From the IMG/VR virus record IMGVR_UViG_3300023276_000007, positions 32,001 through 96,000 of that record: a stretch of DNA of 64,000 nt; one strand, given 5' to 3'. Position 1 is the stretch's first letter; each line of letters opens with the position of its first letter. The position numbers and the translations under genes are program-made. Positions 1 through 9,476 of this stretch are shown piece after piece. Below the pieces are notes generated by a model. It was not told the DNA's origin. It searched no databases and was given only the letters and a program-made list of their open reading frames with translations. Source of the DNA: a virus.

Positions 1-2
1 CA

Positions 3-596
3 ATTACAATTACTCACACCGATGCATGGGCTGACGTCACTATGGCGACAAGCAATGCAGTCGATATCACAGTATCAGACACGGCACATGTAGCTCCTCT
101 CAATACGACGGTTAACATCAACGATGGTACTAACACTGTTATCTTTGAGATTAAACGATCTACAGAACCTTTGATCAACCTTAATGCGTTACCTGTCGAC
201 AATGATACTGACGCAGCTACAACTCTTGCAGCTTTTGATACAGCAGTACAGGGCAGTACGTTAAACGTAGCTACTGATATAGCTGGTAGCATTTTGACTT
301 TGACACATGTACTAACCGATGCTAACTTTATTGCAAGTACTTTAGATGGAGACGTTTCGCTAGTTGATACATCATTCGTTCCGCCAACAGAGCCAACATT
401 TACTCTGCCGGACAATCTAGAGTTGATTAAGTCCGATTCACCCTTTGCACAAGGGTTTGATGAAAGAGACAGCGCGGATGCAGAAGCTAGGGCTGACTTA
501 TGGACAGCAGAGGTTACAACTAAGCTTAAGGCCGCAGTAACTGCCCTGAGAGCTTTAGACGACACATTTACTGGCGAAACCGTGGAGACATATTAA
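3..596 (+). CDS. Virion structural protein, 5'-truncated (frame open to window edge)
   Basis: Frame is open upstream of ATG42 (ITITHTDAWADVT-M). Thr/Asp beta-rich; segment TVNINDGTNTVIFEI...AAFDTAVQGSTL resembles an insert in the sheath protein. Confidence 0.55.
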   Translation: MTITHTDAWADVTMATSNAVDITVSDTAHVAPLNTTVNINDGTNTVIFEIKRSTEPLINLNALPVDNDTDAATTLAAFDTAVQGSTLNVATDIAGSILTLTHVLTDANFIASTLDGDVSLVDTSFVPPTEPTFTLPDNLELIKSDSPFAQGFDERDSADAEARADLWTAEVTTKLKAAVTALRALDDTFTGETVETY

Positions 597-598
597 TA

Positions 599-1402
599 AT
601 GGATAAAGAAGCACAGATAGTAGAAGCCCTACAAGGCGCAGGCTCTAGTATTATGGACTCCCTAAAGAATGCCCCTGACAAGGTATCCGAATTCTGGGGC
701 GGCTTATCAGATGCTCAAAAATCTACCGTACTAAATTCTTTAGCTGGAGCTGCCGCAGGTGGACTTGGTTCTGGCTTATTAGGTGGTGGGCTAGGAGACT
801 CAGCAGTCGCAGCACTACTAGGTGGTGGCGGAGCTGCTGGACTTACAATGGGATACAATTCACTATTCGGTGATTCTAGACTTCCATCTGAAGTTGCAAA
901 TAGTCCTGGACTCATTGACAGATCCCTAAGCACAGTAGGCAACCCTGTACTAGGTAATCCTGGTACTTCTATCGGAGGTGCTCTTGGTGCCTGGATAGCA
1001 GGTAAGCATGGCGGACTACCTTTCTCTGATAAAGGAACTGTAGAAGGATTCGAGCAATGGGCTAATGAAGCCAAAAATCGTAAAGTCCCTACAAAAGCAA
1101 ACCTCGGACTAGGTAAAGACATTGATGCTAAAAAACTTTTAGGTAAAATTAGAGATGCTGCAGGAACAGGCAGTGCTTTAGATCCTGAAGCAAGAGGTTT
1201 TAAAAACCTTGCCAAAAGAATTCTTTCCGGAGACTTCGGTGCGGTACTAGATCCTCAGTTAGGTACTAGAGGTATACTAGAGCAAGCCACACAAGGTACA
1301 GGAGCTTCTAGGTTCATGCCTAACAGAGCTGCTTGGATGGCGTTACCAGCAGGCTTAGCTGCCGGTGCTATGGCAGATAAATATGTACAGGGAGAGTTAT
1401 AA
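599..1402 (+). CDS. Gly/Ala-rich glycine-zipper protein, putative internal head/ejection protein
   Basis: Several GxxxG hydrophobic segments; starts MDKEAQ (K-x-A); stop overlaps protease start. Confidence 0.45.
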   Translation: MDKEAQIVEALQGAGSSIMDSLKNAPDKVSEFWGGLSDAQKSTVLNSLAGAAAGGLGSGLLGGGLGDSAVAALLGGGGAAGLTMGYNSLFGDSRLPSEVANSPGLIDRSLSTVGNPVLGNPGTSIGGALGAWIAGKHGGLPFSDKGTVEGFEQWANEAKNRKVPTKANLGLGKDIDAKKLLGKIRDAAGTGSALDPEARGFKNLAKRILSGDFGAVLDPQLGTRGILEQATQGTGASRFMPNRAAWMALPAGLAAGAMADKYVQGEL

Positions 1403-2847
1403 TGAGCGGGATGACCAAACTGATCTATAACGACAGTATGATAGACAGTAACTCTGAGTTCAGTATCCGTATCGTAGAAGATACCTCTACCCTAACAAAA
1501 CAAGCTTCTGTCTTTTCTAAAGTAGCAAAAGACATCCAGCCAGATAAAGATCATGTAGGCATACACGTCATAGCACTTGGTGAGTCCGAGCGTTATGGTT
1601 TCAATAGAAATGGTGATGCCTTCACTAAGAAAGCCTGTATCGAATCTCACCCTACCTTTGTTAAGCATGGTCATGTATATGAGCATCACCAGAACAAAGA
1701 CCCCGAGAAGAAGCTAGGGGACATCGTTAAGTCTGCCTACAATGAAGATATGGGTCGTATAGAACTATTCATACATGCACATAAAGACAAGGCCGAGACG
1801 CACCTGAACAAGCTGGCATCTAGTGGTGAAGTACCAGTGTCTATGGCATGTAGAGTAAAGGAAGACCGCTGCTCCGTATGTGACCAGCTAAGATCTTCTA
1901 GCAAAGACCCTCGCCAGTGTTCTCATATAGCTATGAGTCTAGGTAAGACTGCAGAAGACGGTCAGGTCATTGGTACATATAATGACCACCCTAAATTTTT
2001 TGATATTAGTTTCGTCTATCGTCCAGCAGACAGAATTGCTTGGAACCTTAATAAGACAGCCAGCGCCGCAGGTGTTGATAGTGTTAAACTAGCAGAGGAC
2101 GCAGGTTTGTGGACTCCGCCAGAACTTATTATGGAAGACGGCGCACCTTTTGATAAGCTTGATATCTTGAAGAAGATGGCAAGCTTTGAAGATAAGTACC
2201 GCAGCATTGCACAGAGAGGACCTCAAGACCCTTGGGAAACTCAAATGTGGGAGCTACGTAAAGCCGCTTATGCAACATCAGTACCTGATGCTTATATAAG
2301 TGACCTGCGTAGGTACGAGCCCGAAGATGTACTTTCCAATTTGGCGAGGAACAAGGTTATACTTGATCCGGAATCTTATTGCAAGTACGCTATGGGTATA
2401 GACCTAGGCCAATTGCGTCCGCATTTGGGTGAGGTTAAGAAGGCCTGTGATGGACTCTTTACTAGATTGTTAAAAGAAGGTAAGGCGTATGAGGTTTGTA
2501 GTGACAGTTACTATGACTTTATAACACCATCGAAGTATGTAATACCGCAAGCAAGTACACTGGACGCTAAGGTGGCAATGGTTAAAAGTGCGTCGTCTTT
2601 CTCAGATGACTACGTATTTAAACGTGCTGTTGATGCAACCGCTTCAGGTTTGAATCCACAACTTAGTTGTAAAAGTGTACCATCAAGTACTATTTCTCAG
2701 GTTGCAAAAGTTGTGTCGGAGAAGTATGCTAGTTATAAACTGGCGAGTATTAACGCGATGCGGTATTTCCACCCATCTGAAAGTGTGGACCGCCAATTAG
2801 CCATATTGGCTGTTCAAAGCATGTTTAAGCAAGAATCAGGAGACTAG
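1402..2847 (+). CDS. Prohead (capsid maturation) serine protease with Zn-finger insert
   Basis: NRNGDAF, HVYEHHQNKDP (His), VSMAC (Ser), CSVC...CSH, FFDISFV..PAD; sits before scaffold and capsid genes. Confidence 0.75.
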   Translation: MSGMTKLIYNDSMIDSNSEFSIRIVEDTSTLTKQASVFSKVAKDIQPDKDHVGIHVIALGESERYGFNRNGDAFTKKACIESHPTFVKHGHVYEHHQNKDPEKKLGDIVKSAYNEDMGRIELFIHAHKDKAETHLNKLASSGEVPVSMACRVKEDRCSVCDQLRSSSKDPRQCSHIAMSLGKTAEDGQVIGTYNDHPKFFDISFVYRPADRIAWNLNKTASAAGVDSVKLAEDAGLWTPPELIMEDGAPFDKLDILKKMASFEDKYRSIAQRGPQDPWETQMWELRKAAYATSVPDAYISDLRRYEPEDVLSNLARNKVILDPESYCKYAMGIDLGQLRPHLGEVKKACDGLFTRLLKEGKAYEVCSDSYYDFITPSKYVIPQASTLDAKVAMVKSASSFSDDYVFKRAVDATASGLNPQLSCKSVPSSTISQVAKVVSEKYASYKLASINAMRYFHPSESVDRQLAILAVQSMFKQESGD

Positions 2848-2852
2848 GATAA

Positions 2853-4160
2853 ATGTCCACTTCAAAAACAATGAATGAAATACTCGCAGACACTAAGCAA
2901 TTTCTTAGCATCAAAGAAGCGAGTTTTGGTAAACAGGCCAAGGAAGAAGCTTTGGATAACCCCAACAGCATCCCTGGATCTGCCCATGATAAGCCTGTAG
3001 ACGATGGTGCATCTGCGCCAGACAAAGAAGTCCAACAGGAATTACCCCCGAACACTGCAAATAGCAACGCTGGTGCTACTGAAGCTGAAAAGCTTGAGTC
3101 AGGCCATGCTACAGATGCTACACAAGCTGTTCAGGATGTAGCCAAGAAACCTATGGTCAGTAGCGACTCAAACGCTAAAGAAGCTTCAGCTGGTGTTAAT
3201 GCACATGCTCAAGACCTTATTGACCTTATCGGTAACTTCAACAGCGAGAAGACTGCTGCGAGATCAGCCGTTGACGTTTTGACAGACGAGAAGTGTTCCA
3301 AGTGTGATAAGGAAGACTGCGACTGTGAAAAAGAAGACGATTCTGATGACTCCAAGGAAGCTTCGCAGGAAGAGTCCAAGGAAGCTACTGTTGGTGGTGA
3401 AATCGAACTTAGCAGAGATGTACTCGCTAAGATCGCTTGTACAATCCTTTCTACTGAAGAAGGTGTAAATTTCACAGAAACAATTTTACAAAAAGAAGCT
3501 GGAGCTCAGGCTGCTAGAGACACTATGGAGTTTCTAAACAAGCAAGCTGAAGACTCTGAAAAACAAGCTGCATATGATGCCGGACAGGAACATGCTGACC
3601 AGTTGATTAATGAAGCTGTTAAACAAGCTGAAGATGCTAGATTTGAGCAAGCTTATGAAGCAGGTCGTAATGACGCGATTAAGTTGGCACAAGCTACTTC
3701 TCCAGACGGCTCTATCGATTATAAAGCTCTCGGCGCTACTGTTGCTGCCGAAGCTGTTAAAAGAGCACAAGCTGAATTGATGGGTATGGACCCAGCAGCT
3801 ATGGACTCTGGTATCGGCGCTGACGAAGCTTTAGCTGGCATGGCTGGCGAAGGTGAAGAAGCAGGTGACGATATCGCTCCTGAGGAACTTGAAGCGGCAT
3901 TAGCCATGATGGTTCAGAGTGGAGAACTCTCGGAAGAAGAAGTTGCAGCTATTATGTCGCAGATCGGAGCCTCTGAAGGCGCTGAAGAAGCGGGTGAAGC
4001 TGTAGGCGCTATCGAGGGAGCTGCTCCAGAAGGTTTAGGCGAACTAGAAGGACTTGAGGGACTTGAAGAAGCTCCTGCAGGTATGGAAGTCGCTGCATCC
4101 GCTAGTGTTGAGAAGAGCTTTCTAAACGCGCTAGCTACGGTTAGAGCCAACAGCAAGTAA
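2853..4160 (+). CDS. Acidic scaffolding/core protein
   Basis: Very Glu/Ala-rich and low complexity; many K-x-A motifs; between protease and capsid genes. Confidence 0.6.
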   Translation: MSTSKTMNEILADTKQFLSIKEASFGKQAKEEALDNPNSIPGSAHDKPVDDGASAPDKEVQQELPPNTANSNAGATEAEKLESGHATDATQAVQDVAKKPMVSSDSNAKEASAGVNAHAQDLIDLIGNFNSEKTAARSAVDVLTDEKCSKCDKEDCDCEKEDDSDDSKEASQEESKEATVGGEIELSRDVLAKIACTILSTEEGVNFTETILQKEAGAQAARDTMEFLNKQAEDSEKQAAYDAGQEHADQLINEAVKQAEDARFEQAYEAGRNDAIKLAQATSPDGSIDYKALGATVAAEAVKRAQAELMGMDPAAMDSGIGADEALAGMAGEGEEAGDDIAPEELEAALAMMVQSGELSEEEVAAIMSQIGASEGAEEAGEAVGAIEGAAPEGLGELEGLEGLEEAPAGMEVAASASVEKSFLNALATVRANSK

Positions 4161-4170
4161 GGAGCTTACC

Positions 4171-4572
4171 ATGAGCAATGATAAAAATTTAGAAGAGATC
4201 CTCGAAAAGAGCGCTGCTTATGTCGAAGAGAGTCAGAAAGAGATTAGTAATCTCAACGCTGCACTTTCTAAGCAAGCTAGCGAAAAGCTAACAGAAAAGA
4301 AAGCTTTTGATCTCCAGGCCCAACGCACCGCTGCCATCTTAGCAGATCGCGGCGTTATTGAAGCAACTAAAGTTAACGACTTTGTCGACAAGCTAGCCTC
4401 CTCTCCGGTAGAGGCCTTGAAGACACTTGAAAAGTTAGCTAAACTTTTAGGTACTTCTTCGTTGGGAGGACCCTCTGCGGTAAAGGAGGCTTCGGCCTCT
4501 ACGGACACATGTCCATTTGTAGCAGAATTATTTCCAGAGCTGGGTAACTCCCGTTCTGGATTGGTAGATTAA
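4171..4572 (+). CDS. Small coiled-coil head/scaffold-associated protein
   Basis: Helical, K-x-A-rich; SD AAGGAG upstream. Confidence 0.5.
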   Translation: MSNDKNLEEILEKSAAYVEESQKEISNLNAALSKQASEKLTEKKAFDLQAQRTAAILADRGVIEATKVNDFVDKLASSPVEALKTLEKLAKLLGTSSLGGPSAVKEASASTDTCPFVAELFPELGNSRSGLVD

Positions 4573-4595
4573 CATATTAAATTGAGGTAATTAAC

Positions 4596-5114
4596 ATGGC
4601 TAAAGGTCATTTTAACGTACTAAAAGGGGCTTATCCTTCTTTAGTGCAATTGGATAAAACCCTCAAGGTTAATGACGCTGTCACTAACCTTGTTAGAGGT
4701 AATTCCCTTCGAGTTGATACATCTGATAACACTTGGCTTAAGACTGCAGATGATGCAGCGTCTAAGGGTGCCGCTGGTACTCCTGGACCAATCATCTATT
4801 TTGCACTCCAAGACCAAGATCAAACAGATGTTGAGATGGCAGGCGCATTGACTGCACTTTCTTGCACAATGCCTATGGAAGTTGAAACGGATCAGTATAA
4901 CGGAACTCCTGCTTTAGGCGCACTACTTGTTGGTGGACTTGACGGTAAAGTTCAGGCTCATGCTGATGGAGAGACTGCGTGTGGCGTAGTTACTAAAGCT
5001 GAGTACCGTCGTTTTATCAACGATAAGACGGTCAGCGGAACTAGCACTAAAGGTGGATTCGGTATGGTATTAGGTTTTGCCACTATCTACTCACCTGACA
5101 TCGACGGAGTATAA
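4596..5114 (+). CDS. Head decoration/capsid cement protein
   Basis: 172-aa beta-rich protein immediately upstream of the capsid gene; ETDQY..TPALGALL..G..GK pattern typical of cement proteins. Confidence 0.55.
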   Translation: MAKGHFNVLKGAYPSLVQLDKTLKVNDAVTNLVRGNSLRVDTSDNTWLKTADDAASKGAAGTPGPIIYFALQDQDQTDVEMAGALTALSCTMPMEVETDQYNGTPALGALLVGGLDGKVQAHADGETACGVVTKAEYRRFINDKTVSGTSTKGGFGMVLGFATIYSPDIDGV

Positions 5115-5116
5115 TC

Positions 5117-6172
5117 ATGAGCGATAACATTCCAGTTTCAGTAATGAACAACAAAATTATGGAAGCGTTTAACGAAGGTAGCGATACCTCAATCAAGAAG
5201 GCACAAAGTGCCGCGACTGGTTTTACACGCATTCAGGTCCGTGAAGATTCTTTTACTTATAAGATCCTTCCTCCGGAAAAAGCTACAGATGACATTCTTA
5301 ATGTCTCTCTTGATAATGACATGCCTTCAGTTATTTGGGAAATCGAGCCAGATTCTCCAGGAGCTAAATGGGTACCACTTCAGTCTATTCCTGAAGGTGA
5401 GTATATCCAGGGTCGTCGTTACTTGATTCCTATGGCACGTATCGTTACTCCTAAGTTTACTAAGGACATCGACGAATTGCGTACCTACAGAATGGACCTT
5501 CGTAAAGTCCTTACTGACAACGCTATCAAAGACGGTCTCGCTGAGATTGACGGTAAGTGGATCGAAACCTGTGACGGTATCGTAATCGACCTTATGTGGT
5601 TGAACACTGCTACTGGCGCAACGACTGCTACAGTCTATGACCCAGATGCTGACACTTATACTGTTGCTAACCCTTACGCTGGTGACGGTGTTGCGGTTCA
5701 GACTCTTACAGGTAAAGTTCAGTACCGCAGATTCTCTGCTGGTCTTGACAGATCTGATATCGCCGAAGCTAAGAAGATGATGCCTTCTGGTTCACTCTTC
5801 CCAGGTTTCGAAGATAAGTTCCGTCTACGTAACTACCTAATGCTTATGAACGATGTTACTGCTCAGGACTTCCTGAAGTATCGTCGTGAAGACGCCGGTG
5901 GTGATCTATCTCAAGAATTGTTCGAGAACGGACTTACTCTTGAAAAGATCATGGGTATGAAGACCATTTACACTATTAAGGGCGGTATCGTTCCTGATGG
6001 TGTGGTTTATTTCTTCGCAGCTCCAGAGTTCCTTGGTAAGTTTTTCTATCTTACTGATTGGACTATGTACATGAAGAAAGAAGCTTACTTCATTGAATGC
6101 TTCGCTTACTGGCTTGGTGGATTCGCCATCGGTAACGTAGCTGCTGTCTGTCGTGCTGACTTTGTTGACTAA
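5117..6172 (+). CDS. Major capsid protein (HK97 fold)
   Basis: IQVREDSFTYKILPP, RIVTPKFTKDIDEL, VYFFAAPEFLGKF, GFAIGN pattern; position; codon usage looks biased for high expression; followed by terminator. Confidence 0.8.
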   Translation: MSDNIPVSVMNNKIMEAFNEGSDTSIKKAQSAATGFTRIQVREDSFTYKILPPEKATDDILNVSLDNDMPSVIWEIEPDSPGAKWVPLQSIPEGEYIQGRRYLIPMARIVTPKFTKDIDELRTYRMDLRKVLTDNAIKDGLAEIDGKWIETCDGIVIDLMWLNTATGATTATVYDPDADTYTVANPYAGDGVAVQTLTGKVQYRRFSAGLDRSDIAEAKKMMPSGSLFPGFEDKFRLRNYLMLMNDVTAQDFLKYRREDAGGDLSQELFENGLTLEKIMGMKTIYTIKGGIVPDGVVYFFAAPEFLGKFFYLTDWTMYMKKEAYFIECFAYWLGGFAIGNVAAVCRADFVD

Positions 6173-6214
6173 AGAAGTTAACAAGTCCAGCAGCCCTATA
6201 GGCAGCTAGTTCTT

Positions 6215-6253
6215 AGGGGCGTCTGGTGATTGTAACCGACGCCCCTTTTTTTT
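6215..6253 (+). terminator. Rho-independent terminator after capsid gene
   Basis: AGGGGCGTC...GACGCCCCT stem followed by T-run. Confidence 0.85.
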
Positions 6254-6281
6254 ATAACTCCTTACTTATAGGATAAAGCAA

Positions 6282-7160
6282 ATGATCGACGTAGAAAATC
6301 AGAACTGGATGGAAGGCTTTGTAAAAGAAAGCGCGAACTACGGGCTCAACCCAGACCAGACAAAAGAATTATTGGCGAATGCCACACATTTTCATATGTA
6401 TAAAGAAAGCGAAGCATATCGCGACGGTTTCGATAAAGAAGCTCAAAGATTTGGCGGACTAGGTAAAGCTCTTAAGGGTTTATTTGGTAAAGGCAAAGCT
6501 AAAGCTCCTAAAGTTAACTCTCCCAAGCTAGGACCTGTCAAGCCATTAGGCGGCAAGGCACCTAGAGTTCCAGCAACAGGCGCAGGAGCCGCAGCAGCAG
6601 GTATGGGCGCTATTAAGCCGATAGGTACTACAGCAGCTAAGGCAAAGGCAACAGCCGGAGCAGGTGCCGCAGCAGGCGCAGGTAAGAAGATGAAAGTTAA
6701 CTCTGAAAGTCTCAATAAGGCCAAAGACACCGCAGCCGCTTCAAGAGGGGCAGGTAGTAAGAGTACTAATAGCCAGAAGTCCACTACACCTAAAGATACT
6801 GCCGGCGAAACAGCAGCAGCAGGCGCAGAACAGTCTAAAGGATTCTTCAGTGGTACAGGAAGCGGCCTCAAAACTATGGGTACACTAGGACTAGGCGGTG
6901 CAGGCATGTATGGCCTTGGTAAAGCTCAAGAAGGTATTGAGAACCTTAGTAAAGGTGAAGACGAACTTGCTATGCAAAGTATCATGGAAGGCGGTGGTAG
7001 CGAATCATCCAAGATGCGCCAAATGCAGATGATGCTTAAACAAAAAGCTCAACGTGACTTTAACGCAGCTAGAGACACTTATGGCTTTGGTAAGGACAAA
7101 GGCGGCGGCGGTAGAAACTTCTACGGTATGAAGGACATCTACTCTGGCGCAGGAATGTAA
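6282..7160 (+). CDS. Gly/Ala/Lys-rich putative internal head protein
   Basis: WMEGFVKESA, GFDKEAQ; LKTMGTLGLGGAG segment shared with next ORF. Confidence 0.45.
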   Translation: MIDVENQNWMEGFVKESANYGLNPDQTKELLANATHFHMYKESEAYRDGFDKEAQRFGGLGKALKGLFGKGKAKAPKVNSPKLGPVKPLGGKAPRVPATGAGAAAAGMGAIKPIGTTAAKAKATAGAGAAAGAGKKMKVNSESLNKAKDTAAASRGAGSKSTNSQKSTTPKDTAGETAAAGAEQSKGFFSGTGSGLKTMGTLGLGGAGMYGLGKAQEGIENLSKGEDELAMQSIMEGGGSESSKMRQMQMMLKQKAQRDFNAARDTYGFGKDKGGGGRNFYGMKDIYSGAGM

Positions 7161-7169
7161 GGTACTATT

Positions 7170-7505
7170 ATGGATGAACATTGGTTACAAGGATTCATGC
7201 ACAGAGCCGAAGAGAGAGGGGTGGCACCCTCTGTCGCACAATCCCTGCTTAAAAAAGCAGGTTTAGGCGGCAGTCTTAAAACCTTAGGTACGTTAGGCCT
7301 AGGCGGAGCAGGTGCGTTAGGCGGACTAGCTCTAAAGGATACTATTGAAGACGTACAAAAGTCAGACAGTCAGGTAGATCTAGAACGGATGTTAGAGCAG
7401 ACGCAAAGTATGTCTGAAGGTTCTAGAGACGCATATATAGCTAATTACCTGAAAGACTTAATGAAGCGTAGACACGACAACGCTAAAGACATTTATAATC
7501 TATAA
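7170..7505 (+). CDS. Short paralog of the 6282 protein
   Basis: WLQGF.., LKKAG, LKTLGTLGLGGAG. Confidence 0.5.
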   Translation: MDEHWLQGFMHRAEERGVAPSVAQSLLKKAGLGGSLKTLGTLGLGGAGALGGLALKDTIEDVQKSDSQVDLERMLEQTQSMSEGSRDAYIANYLKDLMKRRHDNAKDIYNL

Positions 7506-7517
7506 GGGGTATTAGTA

Positions 7518-7952
7518 ATGGCTGACACACCGCAAGGAAATCCTGGGTTCATATCCGAAATGGATATAAGAATCTGGTTACGTGATACAGATCCGGAAGC
7601 GAACACGTTGTTACTTGACTTAGAGTTCAGCCCTGAAGAGATCCGTACAGCGCAGACCTTTGCTGTGGACCGATGGAATGAGACACCTCCTTTCGTCGCT
7701 CGGTATAGCGTTGCCACATTCCCATGGCGCTGGAACCTACTAAGAGGCACTGTAGCTAACCTGCTAACAATAGCAGGGCATCGCTACCGTAGGAACCACC
7801 TAAACTATAACGTACCAGGTGGTGCTATTAACGATCAAGATAAAGCTCCGGCATATGATGCTGCCGCTGCTAAACTATCCGCAGAGTATGGTCAGTTCAT
7901 TCATGATAAGAAGATCGAACTTAACATCGAAGGCGGATGGGGGTGGACTTAA
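7518..7952 (+). CDS. Head-tail adaptor/neck protein
   Basis: IRIWLRDTDPEANTLL...WNETPP...LNYNVPGG; position after the head genes. Confidence 0.55.
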   Translation: MADTPQGNPGFISEMDIRIWLRDTDPEANTLLLDLEFSPEEIRTAQTFAVDRWNETPPFVARYSVATFPWRWNLLRGTVANLLTIAGHRYRRNHLNYNVPGGAINDQDKAPAYDAAAAKLSAEYGQFIHDKKIELNIEGGWGWT

Positions 7953-8746
7953 TGCCAGAAGTCACCTGCGATATCTTTCAACAATTTGACATATTTCCGA
8001 ATTACTATGGTGGTTTTACTTTCGGATGGTTACTTAAAAAGCAGGCTGAGGTTCCTCAGCCTTTGGTGTTTAACGTACAGTACTCTCCAACAGGCCTAAG
8101 CGATTGGGAAGATCACTCCCCCGCTGTAGAGGGTTACACTTGGGCAGAAGAATGCCGTAACCGTAAAAATAAAAATAACAATTTATTCTTCAGGGTTAAA
8201 GCAACCTTCGGGGAAGACAACGACGTATGCTACTCTGATGTACAGACAGCCTTTGGTGGTCAAGAGTTAAAGGCGTATGCCTACTCTAAAGAAATCATGC
8301 GTAAAGAAGTCCTACAGATGAGAGGGCTTGCTGGCGTTGAGATAAACATTTTCAAGAAGATGCATAAGGGTGAAGAGTGTACAGAATGCTTAGACCCTAT
8401 CACTAAGAAGGTTATGGACCCTACCTGTGAGGTCTGTGGTGGAACTGGATTCCTCGATGGTTGGTACGGGCCTTTCCCTGCATTCGGAACTTTTAGCGTA
8501 AGAACTATACATAAGAAGCATGCCAAAGATGGCGCTTTCGTAGAAGACGATAGAGGACATAAGATAAGATTAGTTGGCAGTCCTTTATTACTTCGTGACG
8601 ATATGATAGTGGACACGACTAATAACCTACGTTATATTGCTAACATAATCAGTAACTTAACTGAATTAAGAAGGATTGCCGTAATCCAAGAAATAACAGC
8701 CAATGAGCTGGAGACTTCGGATATAAGATATAGCGTAGGTATATAA
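7952..8746 (+). CDS. Neck/head-closure protein with Zn-finger
   Basis: Likely start at ATG7952 (TAATG overlap); CTEC...CEVCGGTGFLDGW motif. Confidence 0.55.
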   Translation: MPEVTCDIFQQFDIFPNYYGGFTFGWLLKKQAEVPQPLVFNVQYSPTGLSDWEDHSPAVEGYTWAEECRNRKNKNNNLFFRVKATFGEDNDVCYSDVQTAFGGQELKAYAYSKEIMRKEVLQMRGLAGVEINIFKKMHKGEECTECLDPITKKVMDPTCEVCGGTGFLDGWYGPFPAFGTFSVRTIHKKHAKDGAFVEDDRGHKIRLVGSPLLLRDDMIVDTTNNLRYIANIISNLTELRRIAVIQEITANELETSDIRYSVGI

Positions 8747-9459
8747 TGAGCAAATCAGTAGAAAGACTTAACCTGGAAGATCAGCAGGCAGAATCACGGC
8801 TTAAAGACCCTACGCAGGTTAAGCCGTTGGAAACTATTGCTACCTACTTTCAGATGCGCCGCGACCCAGTAGTTCTTGAGGGAGGATTCCTGGAGATACT
8901 CCGCGCCATGTACAGTTTTGAGGATAACCTGTTACACCACACTAAACCATGGGACCCTTCCGGTAAAACGAAAGGCTCTCCATATATAGACGTGGATAGC
9001 ACCTGGGAAGACTCAGAAAACAACCCATACCCTATGGTGATCGTTGCCTTAGGGGATTTAAAATACTCAACTCAAGGTGTGCAAGGCTTAGGTGATAATG
9101 CCGGCTATAATCTAGAGGAAGGTATACAATATCAGGCTCGTGTAGTTAACGGGACTGTAACATTCAATCACATTGGAAAATCAAAATCGCAAGTTCTTTC
9201 ATATCAGGCGTCTACGTTAGATATGGTTGACTCTTTTGCGGAGATGATTAAGAGGGACTTATGTTTTGAAAAATTTGATGTGACTGATATATTTAAACCA
9301 AGGCAGCGTAAAGACCAACCACGTGAGTGGGAAGCCGGTGTTAGATCGCAGTTCAGGTTCCAGGAATTCTTTGGTAATAAGCAGGAATCACCTAAACTTA
9401 AACAAATGTCTATTAAGATGAAATCTGGTTTAGACCAAAGATTCAAAATGGTACAATAA
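8746..9459 (+). CDS. Tail completion/terminator protein
   Basis: Position directly before sheath; YPMVIV, beta-rich C-terminus. Confidence 0.45.
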   Translation: MSKSVERLNLEDQQAESRLKDPTQVKPLETIATYFQMRRDPVVLEGGFLEILRAMYSFEDNLLHHTKPWDPSGKTKGSPYIDVDSTWEDSENNPYPMVIVALGDLKYSTQGVQGLGDNAGYNLEEGIQYQARVVNGTVTFNHIGKSKSQVLSYQASTLDMVDSFAEMIKRDLCFEKFDVTDIFKPRQRKDQPREWEAGVRSQFRFQEFFGNKQESPKLKQMSIKMKSGLDQRFKMVQ

Positions 9460-9476
9460 ACTAAGGAGACAGTACA

